Positions 36,000 to 49,830 of a DNA stretch of 64,000 nt are shown here, piece by piece. The position numbers were made by a program, and so were the translations under genes. The stretch's first letter is position 1. Every line of letters begins with the position of its first letter. Source of the DNA: Pocillopora damicornis (taxonomy: Eukaryota); NCBI RefSeq assembly GCF_003704095.1, contig NW_020846073.1:1-64000 (forward strand), written 5' to 3'. The notes beneath the pieces were generated by a model, which had not been told where the DNA came from, ran no database searches, and worked only from the letters and a program-made list of their open reading frames with translations.

Positions 36000-38900
36000 G
36001 GGATGCAAATTACAGAAAGTCATTTTTCAATGACTCATATTCTTTGTTAATAGAAATGTTTCCACCAGATTTATCAAGAGCATTATCATAGCAGTTAAAA
36101 TCCCCTGTGATGATGATCGCAGTGGAAGGAATAAAAATTCGTGAAGAGAGTCAAAGCAAATCTTTCGCTCTGCAAGATTAGTGGGAGCGTAAATATTAAC
36201 TAAATTAACGTCTACATCGTTGCTCCTGATCAAAATACCGACGATACGACCATGTGAGTCCTTTTTCCAAGAGAGAATTTCATCTGAACATTTTGACAAA
36301 ATCAAAGTGACAACACCACCCTGTCTACCAGAGGCTGGAGACCAAAAACTACAGCCCAGCCATCTACGAGACAGGGATTTAATGGTGGATTCAGAACTGA
36401 CCAAAGTTTTTTGAACAACACAAACACGACAGTTGGAAGTCTCGATCAAATCAAACAAAAGATTTTAGGTGAGGGGGCTAGCAAAACCCCTTGCATTCAC
36501 AGTTAGAAGCTTGAAAGCTCAGAGAAAGGACTCTCACTTAAACACAAAGCACTTCGGAGTTTTTTTAGATTTGCTTTTCCCTCTCTTAATGCGCTTCAGC
36601 AAAGTGCCCACAGATTTCCCCTCCAGATGGACGGTGGTTTCCATGTCAGATTCCAGAGTTTCTGACGGCAGAGGAGGGACAGGAGAAGCAGGAGGATCAG
36701 ACGAAGAACGAGGTTTTCCAGTGACAATAATGGGTGAAGTTGATTTGCAAGTACAGGCAGAGAGAGAATCAAGAGTAGAAGAAGAGAGATGGGCAGGCAC
36801 TCAATGGGGAGGCAGTTTCAGCGGAGTTTTAAAAGGGATCAAAAGACCTTGAGAATCCAGGATTGCAGTAGACAGTGAATCATCAGAAAGAGAAGGCAGA
36901 AGCATAGTGGAAGGCAGCAAATCGGTTGAGACAGCAGTCAGAGTGGAAGATGAGTCGAGAGCAGGCGAAGCAGCTGGAATAGGTGGTAATTCATTGACGT
37001 TAACAGATGGCAATTCTGAAATTTCGGCAGATGCTGGTAGAAGAGCAGAGGCGAGGGGCCCATACTCTTCGCTACGGTCGTATTCACTCATCCCGTCATC
37101 AGAAGAGTTGACAGCAACATCGCTGGTCTCATCTGTAGAAACACCACAGGTATGGGGAAAGAACCATGAATATTTGCAATTAACCCAAGATGTTGTTCTT
37201 CTTTACATATACAATACAGCATGGGAAGGTGACAATCTTGCACCTCATGTTATCACAGTTAAACCAAATTTTGTTTGGACAAACATTGCTGAAATGCCTG
37301 GGTTGATTGCACTTATGACATGTAGGGACCTGAGAGTTGTATTTAATAAGGATTTGATGTTTGCCGAAGAACAGAAAACTCGGGATAGGTTTGAAGATGT
37401 GAACATGGTAATGCCGCAAGCCATTGTAAATATTGGGGGCGAGTGAATGCTTTCCCATCGATAATGCAAGACCTCACAGAAAGGAGAAAGGCATTTGTTA
37501 ATAGCCAAATCAGATAGTTCGAAAGGAGTGTCATAGATAGTAAGGGATGAGAGGGGCTCATCAACATCTTGAAGAGCGTAGTTTTTGGAACCAACTTCGA
37601 GAAAATTTAAGCGGAGAAATTTCTCCTTAGAAGCAACAGACTTAAATGTAACGATAACCTCACTGTTGAGTTGGTGCTGTAAACAATGAATCTCCGTAGC
37701 TTCTATATCGGCGTTCGCAAGAGCTTCCTATATAGACTTCGCTGTTGTAGACCTGTAGTGGAACTGTGTTTTGTTACTGAATGCAAAAAAAAGAAGAAAA
37801 AAAAACAAAGCCGAATTTACACCTCGGGTGTTTCCTTTGGAAAGCCCAAGTAATAACCCATTTAGGGACACAAAACAGTACAAAGATAAAGAAGTTTGAT
37901 AATGCCTACGACATTGATTATAAGTGATTTGCTGATGAGAGAGAGAGCGAGATTTCCAGATATCGAGATGTTTCTCTTATTTCTTGAGTTTTGGTTGCCA
38001 ATTGTCTGCATTGGTATCATGTCCAAAAACGACACCTAGAATTTTTATTTTCGTCATCTGTCCGCTGATTTTCGTTTTAAATCACGAGTGACCTCCATGT
38101 TAGACTCCAAAACAGGAGCAGAAGGATCGACAGGAGCAGGTTGCACAGATGTTGAAGGTTTGGTGTGTCCAGAAACAGGAATTGGCAAAGTTGATCGACG
38201 AGAACAAGCCACAAGAGAATCAGGAAAAAGAGCAGGAATTCAATGTCGAGGTGGATCCGGTGGAGATGCGATCAAAGTTAAGAGGCCATCAGAATTTAGC
38301 ATAGGTGAAACAGGCGAGGAAACGTCAGAAGCAGGCAAGTCATTAGAGCAAGATGGGGTGGCATCGGCGGTGGGTAACACGACAGGAGAAGGAGATCGTT
38401 CAGAAAAAGCAGAAATATAAGGAATGGCAGGCAGTGCAGACGAAAGCGGTAAACACTCCTCATCCCGTCCGTCGGAGCAATTCTCAGGAAGAACCAGGAA
38501 TAATCACAATTGACACCCAAGTGCCCTTCTTCTTTGCAAATGCAGCATAAGGTTGGCAGAGAACATTCACAGGCTTTGTGGCCAAGTTGGTCACAGTTGA
38601 AGCAGATCTTATTTGGGCAGGAGCTACTAAAATGACCGGCGTGGTTGCATTTACAACAAGTTGGTACTTGGGATTGATAGTCAAGAAAATTTGGTACTTC
38701 CCGAACCAGAGAAAACTTGGGATAGGTTTGATAATTCGAACGCGATAATGCCTGAGGCTGTTAAAAACATTAGGGAAAAGGAAGTGCTTGCCATGACGAT
38801 AATGGAGCACCTTGCAAAAAGGTGCAAGATGCTATACTATGGCAAGGTCCGAGAGCTTGAAAGGCGCGTTGTAAATTGTTAAAAAGGTGAGAGGCCTGTC

Positions 38901-39350
38901 AATGTCCTGGACTGCAAGATTTTCAGAGTCTACCTTTAGTGAACTAAGTCGAAGGAGCTTTTCTTCAGAAGAAATGGACTTAAAGGTGATGATGACCTCA
39001 CCGTTAAGTTTCTTCTGTAAACAATGAATTTCGCTGGCATCAATATCTGTGTTGGTAAGTGCTTCAAAAACCGACCTTGCCAGTGTAAAAAAGGCTGTCT
39101 TATAACATTTTCCAAGGATACAGTGGGCCGTCTGCAAGGCGGCGAGCTAAACAAGACGGTATGAGCAGCTCTCAACGTGTACAAATCCCCATTCACAACA
39201 CTCCCAATGAGCATACCATCATCTTCAGGTGGCAAAGGCAATAATACATCCTTATTATTCTCTGACACTAGAGTCCTCACATGGCATAGACATTTCTGAT
39301 ACAATTGCCTCACTTGAATCAACTGACATGTGAACTAAATAACCAAAAAT
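36000..39350 (-). mobile_element. Two family C-like ORF1 copies, the first followed by EN
   Basis: ORFs 36027-36458 (EN), 37180-37458, 38484-38810, 38832-39137. Confidence 0.87.
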
Positions 39351-39659
39351 CGAAGAAAAGCTTAGGTAAATAAACTTGGGTGGTTGAGGGATCCTTCCCA
39401 TGGTTTATGATGGATAGAAGCAGGTCGCAGGTTGCCCCCACAAGCCCTTGCGAGTCCCGCAGACAGTCACAGAGGCTGATCCATTAGGTATCTCCTTACT
39501 GTAAGATTTTATCGCTAGATACATACACCTACGGACCTTAAACATTGTACGATAGATTTTTAGGACACGTTATGTCTCTAGGGACCCCTCCTTCCCTCCC
39601 CTCCGCACAGACACAGGACTGACAAGGCACAAAGAATACACAGTAATCGCACAAGACAG

Positions 39660-39960
39660 TGGTCATGGTCTTCAGAGTGCACCTACGGGGCTGGTCACAT
39701 TGCTCCAGGCGATGACTGGGCATTTCACAATTGGAGCAGCGAGTAGTGTTGCAATCCTAGACTAAATGATTGGGCGAGCCGTAATTACGGCAAGTTTTAG
39801 GCTAGTTCGGATACCAGATGCGAATTATTTCCCCACCGACATTAATAATGTTGGGGATGTGACGATTTAAGGTCATTCGGGCAGTTCTCACAATGTTATT
39901 GATAAATTGTGCAATCTTATCCCAACGAAAACTTAACACGCGGCCATAATGGCTCAAACG
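39660..39960 (-). mobile_element. Family E ORF1 fragment
   Basis: Homologous to 21800-22080. Confidence 0.8.
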
Positions 39961-42544
39961 GCCTCGAAAGGCCAAAAAAAAAACGACAAATAACCATTAA
40001 TGTTGACCGCACTTTGCACCCGATGGTAGAACAAATCCACCTAGGAGATGAGAGAGGGGCCAAAGCCCATAGTACACAGTGTGGACCGCATGAATGACCA
40101 TTCTACACAGTCAAAAGCCTTCTCCTGATCCAGGGAAAGAACGGCCACCAAGGCACCGGAGAAGGAGGCATAGTCAACGACATCCCGAAGGAGCGCGACA
40201 TTTTCGCCTATAAACCTCCCGGGAACCCTGCATGTCTGGTCTTTAGCAACAAGAAGATGGATCACTTTAAGCAGCTGCCCAGCAATGGTACAGGAAGCCA
40301 ACTTATAGTTGACATTACCAAGGGTGATCGGCCACCAGTTACGAGGGTCCAAGCAATCACCCTTCTTAAAAGACAAAGATATGATGCCTCTGCGCTGAGA
40401 AAGAGCAAGGGAACCCGAATTGAGACTAGAATTTAAGACAGAAACAAGATCCGGACCGAGAACATCCCAAAACTTGACATAAAAAACTCTACCAGGAGAC
40501 CGTCCAGCCTGGGGGCCTTATGTCTGGCCATACCGAGGAGAGCTGTAGAAACCTCCTTAATCAACAGATGACCCTCACACAGAGCCGCCTGATCACCAGG
40601 GAGGAAAGATGACAAATTCCCGGAAGCAGTGAAAAGACCTGAGTAGAAAGAGGACAACGAACGACAGAAATCAGCAGGAGAGGAGACGATAGAGCCATCG
40701 CTCTCCCTCAGCGCAGAAATCCAACGATCCGCAGACCACTTCTTCTCGAGGCGGAAAAAATAGGAAGACAAGACCTCGCCCTCCTCGACCCATCTGACCC
40801 TAGCACGACCCTGAGCACCCCTAGCAGCCTCAGAGTCTAAGATGGCCAATTCCGAGAGGGCAGAATGGTAAGGCAAGACATGGAACCGGCATCGACCTTA
40901 GACTCCAGATGGTCAACAAGACGCACAAGAAGGTCCCTATTACAGGACCGGGCGCCTAACCTTGAGCAGCAATAACGAATAGAGAGTTCTTTGATGCGAC
41001 TCTTCCCCTCATCCCACCATTTCGCCAGCGAGGGGAAGCGGGGCACCGAGGAGCGCCATGACGCCCAAAAGTCACTGATTAAAAGGACATACGCCTGCTC
41101 CTGCAAGATAGAAGTATTGAGCTTCCAGAGACCGGGGCCAGGTGGAACAACATCCGGGACCGAGACAACAGTGAGGAGACCACAACGGTCAGAAAAGGGA
41201 CAGGAATGAAGATCACACAAGAGAACAGAAGATACCCACACATAAGGAATACCACAAAGGTCAATACGGGAAGCATGGTAGCCATACCACCTGGTCCAAG
41301 AAAAGCAAGATGAAGAGGGATGGAGATACCTCCAAATATCAACTGTACAGCAAGCATCAAAAAGATGCTGGAGAGAGGAGGAACTCTCACGAGACAGGTC
41401 AGATGGGTCAGATCCAAACTGGTGTACCGACCGATCGAAAACCGCATTAAGTCGCCACATAGGATGGTGGGAACTGATGGATCCGCTTTCGCCTGAAGAT
41501 CGTCAAAAAACTGATCACGTGCAGGGTTGCGATTAGGCGCATAAATACAACACACACGAAACAATTTGCCACAGAACACGAATTCACATTGGAGATAATG
41601 ACCATCGTCGTCACCCCATGAGTTAACCAAAGACAGAGAAGGCCGAAAAAGAACAACACAACCACGAGAATGAACAGAGCCACAGGAGAGGGCACAACTG
41701 AAACCGGAAGACTGGAACCACATAGAACACTCCGACAATGATAAACAATGCATCTCCTGAAGGCAAACAATGTCCGCACTTACAGGGAGGGAACGCAACC
41801 ACTGCACGAGACCAGCACGCTTGGGCTGATCCCTGATCCCATTACAGTTCAGAGTCAGTATTGACAGGGCCATGATCAAGGAAAGAGAGCCAGCCATAAC
41901 ACTAATGAGGGGGGCAACCACGGCTAGATGCCTTCTCGGCAGCTAGGGAGACACTCCCCAGCAAAGAATGGTGGCCCCGACCACACAGGTTCTTTTTAGA
42001 AACCTTAGAATTCCCAGCCCCCTTAGAGACCGGCCTCTGGGCTAGGCCGAGTGGAGCCGATGACTCTTCCAGGAAAGACTCCGGCGCTGGACACTTACGT
42101 GGCCTGGAGGCAGGCACCATGTCCGAGTCCCCCGATGAGGGGGGGAGTCTGATGCAACACCATTAGCAGGGCCAAAAAGAGGCACCCCACTATCGGAGCA
42201 GCCCGCTCCCACATTACCAGCACTAACATTTGTACTATCTATATTGCTTACATTATCTACACAGCTTACTTTACTAGCATTAACTACATTGCTTACATTG
42301 CTAATAGGGATATCCCTGCTTACATTACTAATAGCGTTATCCACATTACTTACATAACTAGAATTGCCATTGCTTACTTTATCAATTAACAAGCCATTAT
42401 TATAAATCACAGTTATACTTACAAAAATCCGGCCCACAGAAGAAAAAGTACACAAGAGCGAGGTCACCCCTCCAAAGGATAACTTGTATCCACGAGCCGA
42501 ACCTGGAAAAGGATCCGTGAAGATACTACGACGCAGGCCAAAAA
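39961..42544 (-). mobile_element. A/B-type Tx1: 5' UTR, ORF1 with its core deleted, ORF2 EN to the start of RT
   Basis: TLNCNGIRDQPKR, IYAPN, WKLNTS, SLDQEKAFD. Confidence 0.92.
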
Positions 42545-42560
42545 CCCGCGTCAGTTAAGT
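42545..42560 (-). ncRNA. U1 5'-end remnant (putative TSD)
   Basis: Minus strand ACTTAACTGACGCGGG directly after an A run. Confidence 0.65.
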
Positions 42561-44721
42561 TTTTTTATGTTTAAGGCGAACGGCCAGGCTCCCATGAGGG
42601 CGGTGCAATGCCTGCCGAACTAACCGTCTAATCCAACCCAAGGTGGGGAGTGCAAGGCCTTAAGGTTGGGTTCACCAATAAACAAGAGGGTCACCAGATG
42701 CCAACTTCGTTCGGGAATCGAACCCCACCTTGTAAAACATTAAACACACCCACACCAGAGAAACAAAACAAAACGGAAAACGTGCACTCTTGATAACGAT
42801 AATGAAAACGATAATAATATCCCCTAACCAGCCAAGGGGCGGTACGCAAACAAAAAACGAAACAATAATCATAGCCCCTAGCCAGCCAAGGGGTGGCACG
42901 CAAAACAAAAAACAAAACAATAATAAAAACCCCTAGCCAGCCAAGGGGTGGCACGCAAAACAAAAAACAAAACAATAATAAAAACCCCTAGCCAGCCAAG
43001 GGGTGGCACGCGAACAAAAAACAAAACAAACAAGAAGCAGGCGAAAAACAAGCTAGAGAACAATCGACAGAGCATTGCCACTTACGGAAGCGACGACACC
43101 ACAGGCGCCCCGCTGACGGTGGAAGTAACGGTAACGACAGGACGACTGGAAACGCTTGAAGAAAATCGGAAGGTGACACTTCAGGCGAGCCTTCACTTTG
43201 GCGATGATGTCAACAGCGCTGGGGGAACATTACGAAAATGGAAGTCGTTTTGGGACTGCCAGATGTAGAATTTACACAGATTCAGAAGGTAGACAAAGAC
43301 GCGAGGGGTGACGCACAGTTCATCCGAACTAAAGCCGAAACGAACGTGACGCACCAAGAGAGCCGGACACATGAAGAGGAAACTGAACAACAACGATTGC
43401 AACCACGACAGAACACTTTGTGCTAATGGACAATAATAAAAAAGGTGATCGAGAGATTCTATCGTCGGACCACAGAAACAAGAAAGGGGAACGGGCAGTC
43501 CAATTGATGCCAGGCGCTGCGCTGCGTATAGCACGCCGTGTGCCAACTTCCAATTCAGGTCGATGACGTGGCGGTCTACGTCGAAGAAAGAGAGGGAACG
43601 CCATGTAGCGGGCCAATCGAGCGGGCCGAAGGTGAACGAAAACTTGTCGATGCAGTGCGGTTGGAGCATGTTCTTCGAGAGGAGGTATAGGTAACAGGAC
43701 CTGGTGGACACACCCGCCACTGGGGTACAAGCCAGAGGCGAGCCGACACCGACTGCCAGGGAATTATGGGGGGTAGAGAAGGAACCATTTAGACGACGCC
43801 ATGCGAACAAGAGGGACGAGTAGAAGGGTGGCATGACCCCGGGATCGAAAGAAAAAGGACGAGAAAGCACGGTTGCAAGGGGAACACCGAAAGACGACGA
43901 GAACCAGAAAGACATGAAGGAAGACCAGCCTGAGGGCGAAGAGGCAAACTTCTTCACCCACTGGCCAAGCAGGGCAAAAACTTGAATTTCACATTTACGA
44001 CAGAGAACCTGCCAAAAAGGTGGGGCTGGACCACAGTAGAGCGGGACACCAGTTCCCGCTTACCAGACCAGAAAAAAGGAAAAGATAAAACGGGAAAGCT
44101 CCTTCTCCACCCAGGCCGGCACGTGCACGAGAGAAGCCACGTACCAGACCCGGGAGAGAGCCAGAGCGTTAATGAAGAGGGCCTTGCCGCAAAAAGTGAG
44201 GGAGCGAGAACGCCAAGACGTGAGAACATGGTCCACGGCGTCTATCCGGGGGCGCCAGTTGTCCTCCTCAAGATTGCCATGACCGATGAAAACACCCAGA
44301 ATCTTCAATTTGGCAGATGACCAGTCCAGTGCTACAGGGGGGTTGGAACGAGCGGACCACGCCCCCAGCCACAGGCCTTTGAACTTCGAGCGATTCAGCT
44401 TGGCACCGGAAGCCGCTTCGAACTGTGCGAACGTCTCAAAAACCGCCCTGGTGGACTCGTCCGATGTCAAGACCAGCGACGTGTCGTCGGTGTATTGGGA
44501 AATGGGAGACAATGGAGGGAAACCCAGGAGCGAAAGGCCCGAGATGCGAGGATTACGACGAAAGTTCACTGCGAACACTTCCGACACTAGCACATAAAGG
44601 AGAGGGGGCAGCCCTGGCGAACCCCTTGGGAAAGGGCGAAGAACGGAGACAGGTAACCGTTCACATTGACCGAACTTTGGACATGAAAATAAAACAAGTT
44701 CACCCACGAGATGGAGGAAGG
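42561..44721 (-). mobile_element. Tx1 family H ORF2 3' half + complete structured 3' UTR
   Basis: QYTDDT, CFCGPTIESLDHLF; tail with T-arm-like motif, two TTGCAC hairpins and oligo(A). Confidence 0.92.
42800..43025. repeat. ~55-bp tandem repeat (4 units) in the family H 3' UTR
   Basis: Unit core CCCCTAGCCAGCCAAGGGGTGGCACGC + A/C-rich spacer; about 2 units at 57205-57330. Confidence 0.9.
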
Positions 44722-45231
44722 NNNNNNNNNNNNNNNNNNNNNNNNNNNNNNNNNNNNNNNNNNNNNNNNNNNNNNNNNNNNNNNNNNNNNNNNNNNNNNN
44801 NNNNNNNNNNNNNNNNNNNNNNNNNNNNNNNNNNNNNNNNNNNNNNNNNNNNNNNNNNNNNNNNNNNNNNNNNNNNNNNNNNNNNNNNNNNNNNNNNNNN
44901 NNNNNNNNNNNNNNNNNNNNNNNNNNNNNNNNNNNNNNNNNNNNNNNNNNNNNNNNNNNNNNNNNNNNNNNNNNNNNNNNNNNNNNNNNNNNNNNNNNNN
45001 NNNNNNNNNNNNNNNNNNNNNNNNNNNNNNNNNNNNNNNNNNNNNNNNNNNNNNNNNNNNNNNNNNNNNNNNNNNNNNNNNNNNNNNNNNNNNNNNNNNN
45101 NNNNNNNNNNNNNNNNNNNNNNNNNNNNNNNNNNNNNNNNNNNNNNNNNNNNNNNNNNNNNNNNNNNNNNNNNNNNNNNNNNNNNNNNNNNNNNNNNNNN
45201 NNNNNNNNNNNNNNNNNNNNNNNNNNNNNNN

Positions 45232-47095
45232 TGTTCTTGAGAGCACGGAGACACTCGTCAGGAGAGAGGAGACCTTCTCACACACAAGCCTGGTCGCAGG
45301 TAAGAGGGCACGGGAAATTTGAAAGAAGAGAAGCCTGGATTACAGAATCGGTGGGGACGGAAGAGAACAGATCAGAGTAGAAAGTGTTTAAGGTGCGACA
45401 CAGGCCCTCCGGGGAGGAGACTATAGAGCCTCCGCTCTCTCTCAACGCAGGAATCCATCTATCCACGGCACGCTTCTTCTCTAACCGGAGAAAGTACGGA
45501 GACGAGGACTCCTTCCTCCACCCATCAAATGCGGGAACAAACCTGAGCCCCCTTAGCCACCTCACGGTCGAGGGACGCAAGGGACTCGAGCGCAGAACGA
45601 TACGGGCTGACAGAAGACACGGAACCCACGTCCACTTTGGACTTTAAGTGCGCTACCAGGTCCACAAGCAGGGACCTATTACGAGCCCCCGCTGCAGACC
45701 TACTACTGGACTTCGAGCGATTCAGCTTGGCACCGGAAGTTGCTTCGAACTGATTGAACATCTCAAAAACTGCCCTGATGGACTCGTCCGATGTCAAGAG
45801 CAGCGACATGTCGTCCGTGTATTGGTAAATGGGCGACAATGGAGGGAAACCCGGGAGCGAAAGGCCCGAGACGCGAGGATTACGATGAATGTTCACTGTG
45901 AGCACTTCCGACACTAGCACAGAAAGGAGAAGGGACAGGGGGCAGCCCTGGCGAACCCCTTGGGAAAGGGTGAAGAACGGAGACAGGTAACCGTTCACAT
46001 TGACCAAACTTTGGACATGAAAATAAAACAAGTTCACCCACGAGATGGAGGAAGGGCCGAAGCCCATGGCGACGAGAGTGGACCTTATGAAGCCCCAGTC
46101 AACCCGGTCAAAAGCCTTTTCCTGGTCCAGGGACAGGATGACCACAGGTGTCCCAGATGAGGAAGCGTAGTGGACTACGTCGCGCAGAAAAGACACGTTC
46201 TCTCTGATAAACCTACCCGGAACCCCACAAGTTTGATTGCTACTGACCACGAGGTGAATAACCTTTAAGAGGCGGCCTGCTATGACGCCAGAGGAGATTT
46301 TATAGTCGACATTTAGCAAGGTGATGGGGTGCCAGATCCCCCTTGTTAAACGACAGAGTTATGATGCCCCTACATTGAGAGAGAGCAAGAGAATCAGAAC
46401 GGAAACAAGAGTTGAGCACCGCGACCAGATCACCACCGAGAACATGCCAGAAACGGAGGTAAAATTAGGCCAGAAGACTGTCAAGACCCAGGGCCTTGTT
46501 CTTGGCCATGTTCTTGAGAGCACGGAGACACTCGTCAGGAGAGAGGAGACCTTCTCACACACGAGCCTGGTCGCAGGGTAGAGGACACGGGAAATTTGAA
46601 AGAAGAGAAGCCTGGACGACAGAATCGGTGGGGACAGAAGAGAACAGATCAGAGTAGAAAGTGTTTAAGGTGCGACACAGGCCCTCCAGGGAGGAGACTA
46701 TAGAGCCTCCGCTCTCTCTCAACCCAGGAATCCATCTATCCACGGCACGCTTCTTCTCTAACTGGAGAAAGTACAAAGACAAGGACTCTCCTTCCTCCAC
46801 CCATTGAATGCAGGAACGAACCTGAGCCCCCTTAGCCACCTCACGGTCGAGGGACAGAAGGGACTCGAGCGGAGAACGATACGGGCCGACACAAGACACG
46901 GAATCCGTGTCCACTTTCGACTTTAAGTGTGCTATCAGGTCTACAAGCAGGGACCTATTACGAGCCCCCGCTGCAGACCTACTTTTGCAATACCTGATGG
47001 TGAGCCCCTTACGGCGGCTCTTTCCAGCATCCCACCATTTAGCCAGTGTGGAAAAGTTGTCCATGGAACCGCGCCAGGCCTGCCAAAAGTCAGAG
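45232..47095 (-). mobile_element. Family H ORF2 pieces with local duplications
   Basis: 45232-45700 resembles 46510-46980; 45705-46060 resembles 44380-44720. Confidence 0.88.
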
Positions 47096-47115
47096 ATTAA
47101 CTCAGTATTAACTCT

Positions 47116-47880
47116 CTACCTTGGGCCTTGATGTTTCCAATAAGGTTTGACTTGAACTTGATACATCTTTTGTACTGCAGGATGTAAATACTTCTTTTGG
47201 TGCTTCATAAATGTTGAGTAAGAAATTGTGGTGACATTCATGTGATTCAAAATATTAAGCACGTTTGCTGGGCTAGCCCCGGCAAAGAGTATGGAAGAGG
47301 ACAGCATGATATTACCAATTGGAATTTTCCCAACAGAGGGCTGTGAATCCCACTCTCTAACAAACGAGAACAAAAGGCATTTCTGCATAACTGTTATTTT
47401 AGTACCACTTCTTGATTTGATCATCCTTTCACATTCCGTACAGCAAATGGGGCAAAACTGGAATAGGCTGAAAAGCGATGATTCTGACATGAGGAACAAC
47501 TTTTGTTTATGGGGTGGCACACTTCAGGGAGATTTTGTGTAGACAAAAATTAGTGATTAACCATTTACCACTTTGTACTACTCATAGAGATAGCCTACTG
47601 TCCCAGTTTCTACAAAAAAAAGGGATTGCAATCGTTTCTAATTACTGTACAACTTACTCATGCAAATCGTCGGTATCGTTGTCATTCTGATTGTCGTTGT
47701 TTTTGTGACCAGAAATCTTGTCAGGGTCAGGGATGTAGGAACTGTCATCATCCTTGACTTCACCTTCTTCCTCTTGATCTGAATTTTCCTCGTCACTCTG
47801 AACCAGGTTGACCTGATGAACTCCTTGAGCAAAGTGCATTGTGTGCCTTGCCTCGTTACTGGAACAGATGTCTGACAACC
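47116..47880 (-). mobile_element. DNA-transposon transposase N-terminal fragment (Kolobok-like)
   Basis: LFQFCPIC..GTKITV.QKC...WDSQP..GNIMLSSSILFAG...FMKHQKKYLHP; family assignment is from memory of the motif. Confidence 0.5.
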
Positions 47881-47899
47881 TGCCAAGTTATTTTAGCGT

Positions 47900-48330
47900 A
47901 CGATACTTACGTACGCTATACTTATTTAGCAGAATGGCTGCATGCCATGGTACCAGACACGGGTGGGATACACGTCCACAAACACCTCAGCCAGAATTGC
48001 TTTAGACCGGGACATTGTCAATATATGAGACCCTGTAAAGAGATTAGGCCTCCCAGAAAAGTGTTGATTCTTACAAGAAACTATTTTTTTATAACGGCAA
48101 AATTCCTGACACAGGAGACCATCATCCCCCTCGGCTGGGTAGTGATGTACATACACTAAAGTGTTAGGGCAGTCCAAGGGAGTGACACTACACTCAACAT
48201 TATCTAGCATAACCAATCCCTGATTAATCAGCCTATCTTTATCAGTGGGTCTTTAAACATTAGCTGAATCAGACTCCTGGGAACGAATTGGACAGCAGAC
48301 AACTTGCCAAAATCTACCACTTCATAAAGC
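47900..48330 (-). mobile_element. Family G-like ORF1 fragment
   Basis: LVYVHHYPAEGDD, TGSHILTM, YPTRVWYHGMQPFC. Confidence 0.8.
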
Positions 48331-48334
48331 CCCA

Positions 48335-49830
48335 ATTGACTCGGTCAAATGGCTTCTCCTGATCAAGGGACAAAATTGCCAAAGGGGCACTGGTCGAGGA
48401 GGCGTAGTGTACCACATCACGTAAGAAGGCCATATTTTCCCCAATAAATCTGCCCGGAACCCCGCAAGTCTGATCTTTGTTAACCAGAAGATGGATGACT
48501 TTTCAAAGAAGGCCTGCAGTCATGCAAGAGGTGATCTTGTAATCGACATTTAACAAAGTGATAGGGCGCCAGTTCTGTGGATCCAGGTGGTCCCCCTTCT
48601 TAAATGATAATGTGATGATACCCCTACGCTGGGAGAGAGCAAGGGAGCCGGAGAGAAAACAAGAGTTAAGGACAGAAACCAAATCAGCACCGAGAACATC
48701 CCAGAACCAAAGGTAGAATTCCACCGGGAACCCGTTGAGGCCAGGGGCCTTGTTTCTGGCCATGCCCTTGAGTGTACTAAAGCACTCATCAGGAGTGAGG
48801 AGATCCTCACAAAGATGAGCCTGGTCACAGGGGAGAAAATACGGAAGGTAAGACAGAAGAGAGGACTGGATGACAGAATCCGTGAGAACAGAAGAGAACA
48901 AGTCAGAGTAGAAAGAATTAAGAGTGCAACACAGGCCTTCCGGGGAGGAGACAATAGAGCCTCCGCTCTCCCGCAGCACAGGGATCCAACTATCGACTGC
49001 ACGCTCTTTCTCCAACTGGATAAAATATGATGACGAGGTTTCTCCTTCCTCCACCCATTTAATGCATGACCGAATCTCAGCACCTTTAGCTGCCTCTCAG
49101 TCAAGAGACACAAGGGCCTTGAGCGCAGAACAGTAAGGACGTACACAAGATGCCAAACTGGCATCTACTTTTACTTTCAAATGTGCCACCACGTCGACTA
49201 GGAGGGACCTATTGCGGGCCCCCATTGCAGACCTGTCTTTGCAGTACCTAATCGAAAGACCTTTGAGGCAACTTTTGCCGGCATCCCACTATTTTGCTAA
49301 TGACGAGAAGTTAATCATGGAACCACGCCAGGCCTGCCAGAAGTCCAAGACCAGACAGACATACTCCACGTCTTTAAGGATGGCAGTGTTAAGTTTCCAC
49401 TAGCCTGGACCAGAGGGGATGATGTCAGGGACCATGAAAGAGACCTGGACTCCGCAGAGATCTGAAAAAGGACAGGGAACCACGGAGCAGAGCTATCCAA
49501 AGCTCTGTTGAAAACCGACTTAAAGTCACCGCAGAACAGAGAGGGAACCGAATGGTAGATTTTTGCCTGAAGATCGTCAAGAAAATGGTCCCGGGCAGGA
49601 TTAGGATTTGGGACATACAAACAGCAAACACGAAAGGACTGATCCCGGAAAGAAAACTCACATTGAAGGTAATGCCCCTCCGTGTCATACCAGGAGCCCG
49701 GTAGAGGGGCGAAAAAGAATAGCACAACCAGAGGAACGCACGGAGCCAGGGGTACACACAACACCAAAACGAGAGGACAAAAACCACGAAGAGCACTCTT
49801 GCACTGAGGAACAGTGAACCTCTTGGAGGC
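48335..49830 (-). mobile_element. A/H-type Tx1 ORF2 EN-linker-RT start
   Basis: RNKAPGLNGFPVEFY, NWRPITLLNVDYKI. Confidence 0.88.

Noticed and set aside
37931-37960. CTGATGAG as a hammerhead ribozyme core
   Set aside because: No properly placed GAAA or flanking stems; it runs into a GA repeat.
42800-43025. CRISPR-like repeat-spacer pattern
   Set aside because: Spacers are similar A/C-rich sequences, the context is a eukaryotic LINE UTR, and there are no cas genes.
30840-45322. Long ORFs containing X runs (e.g. 30840-31715, 44425-45240)
   Set aside because: Artefacts of translation through N gaps.
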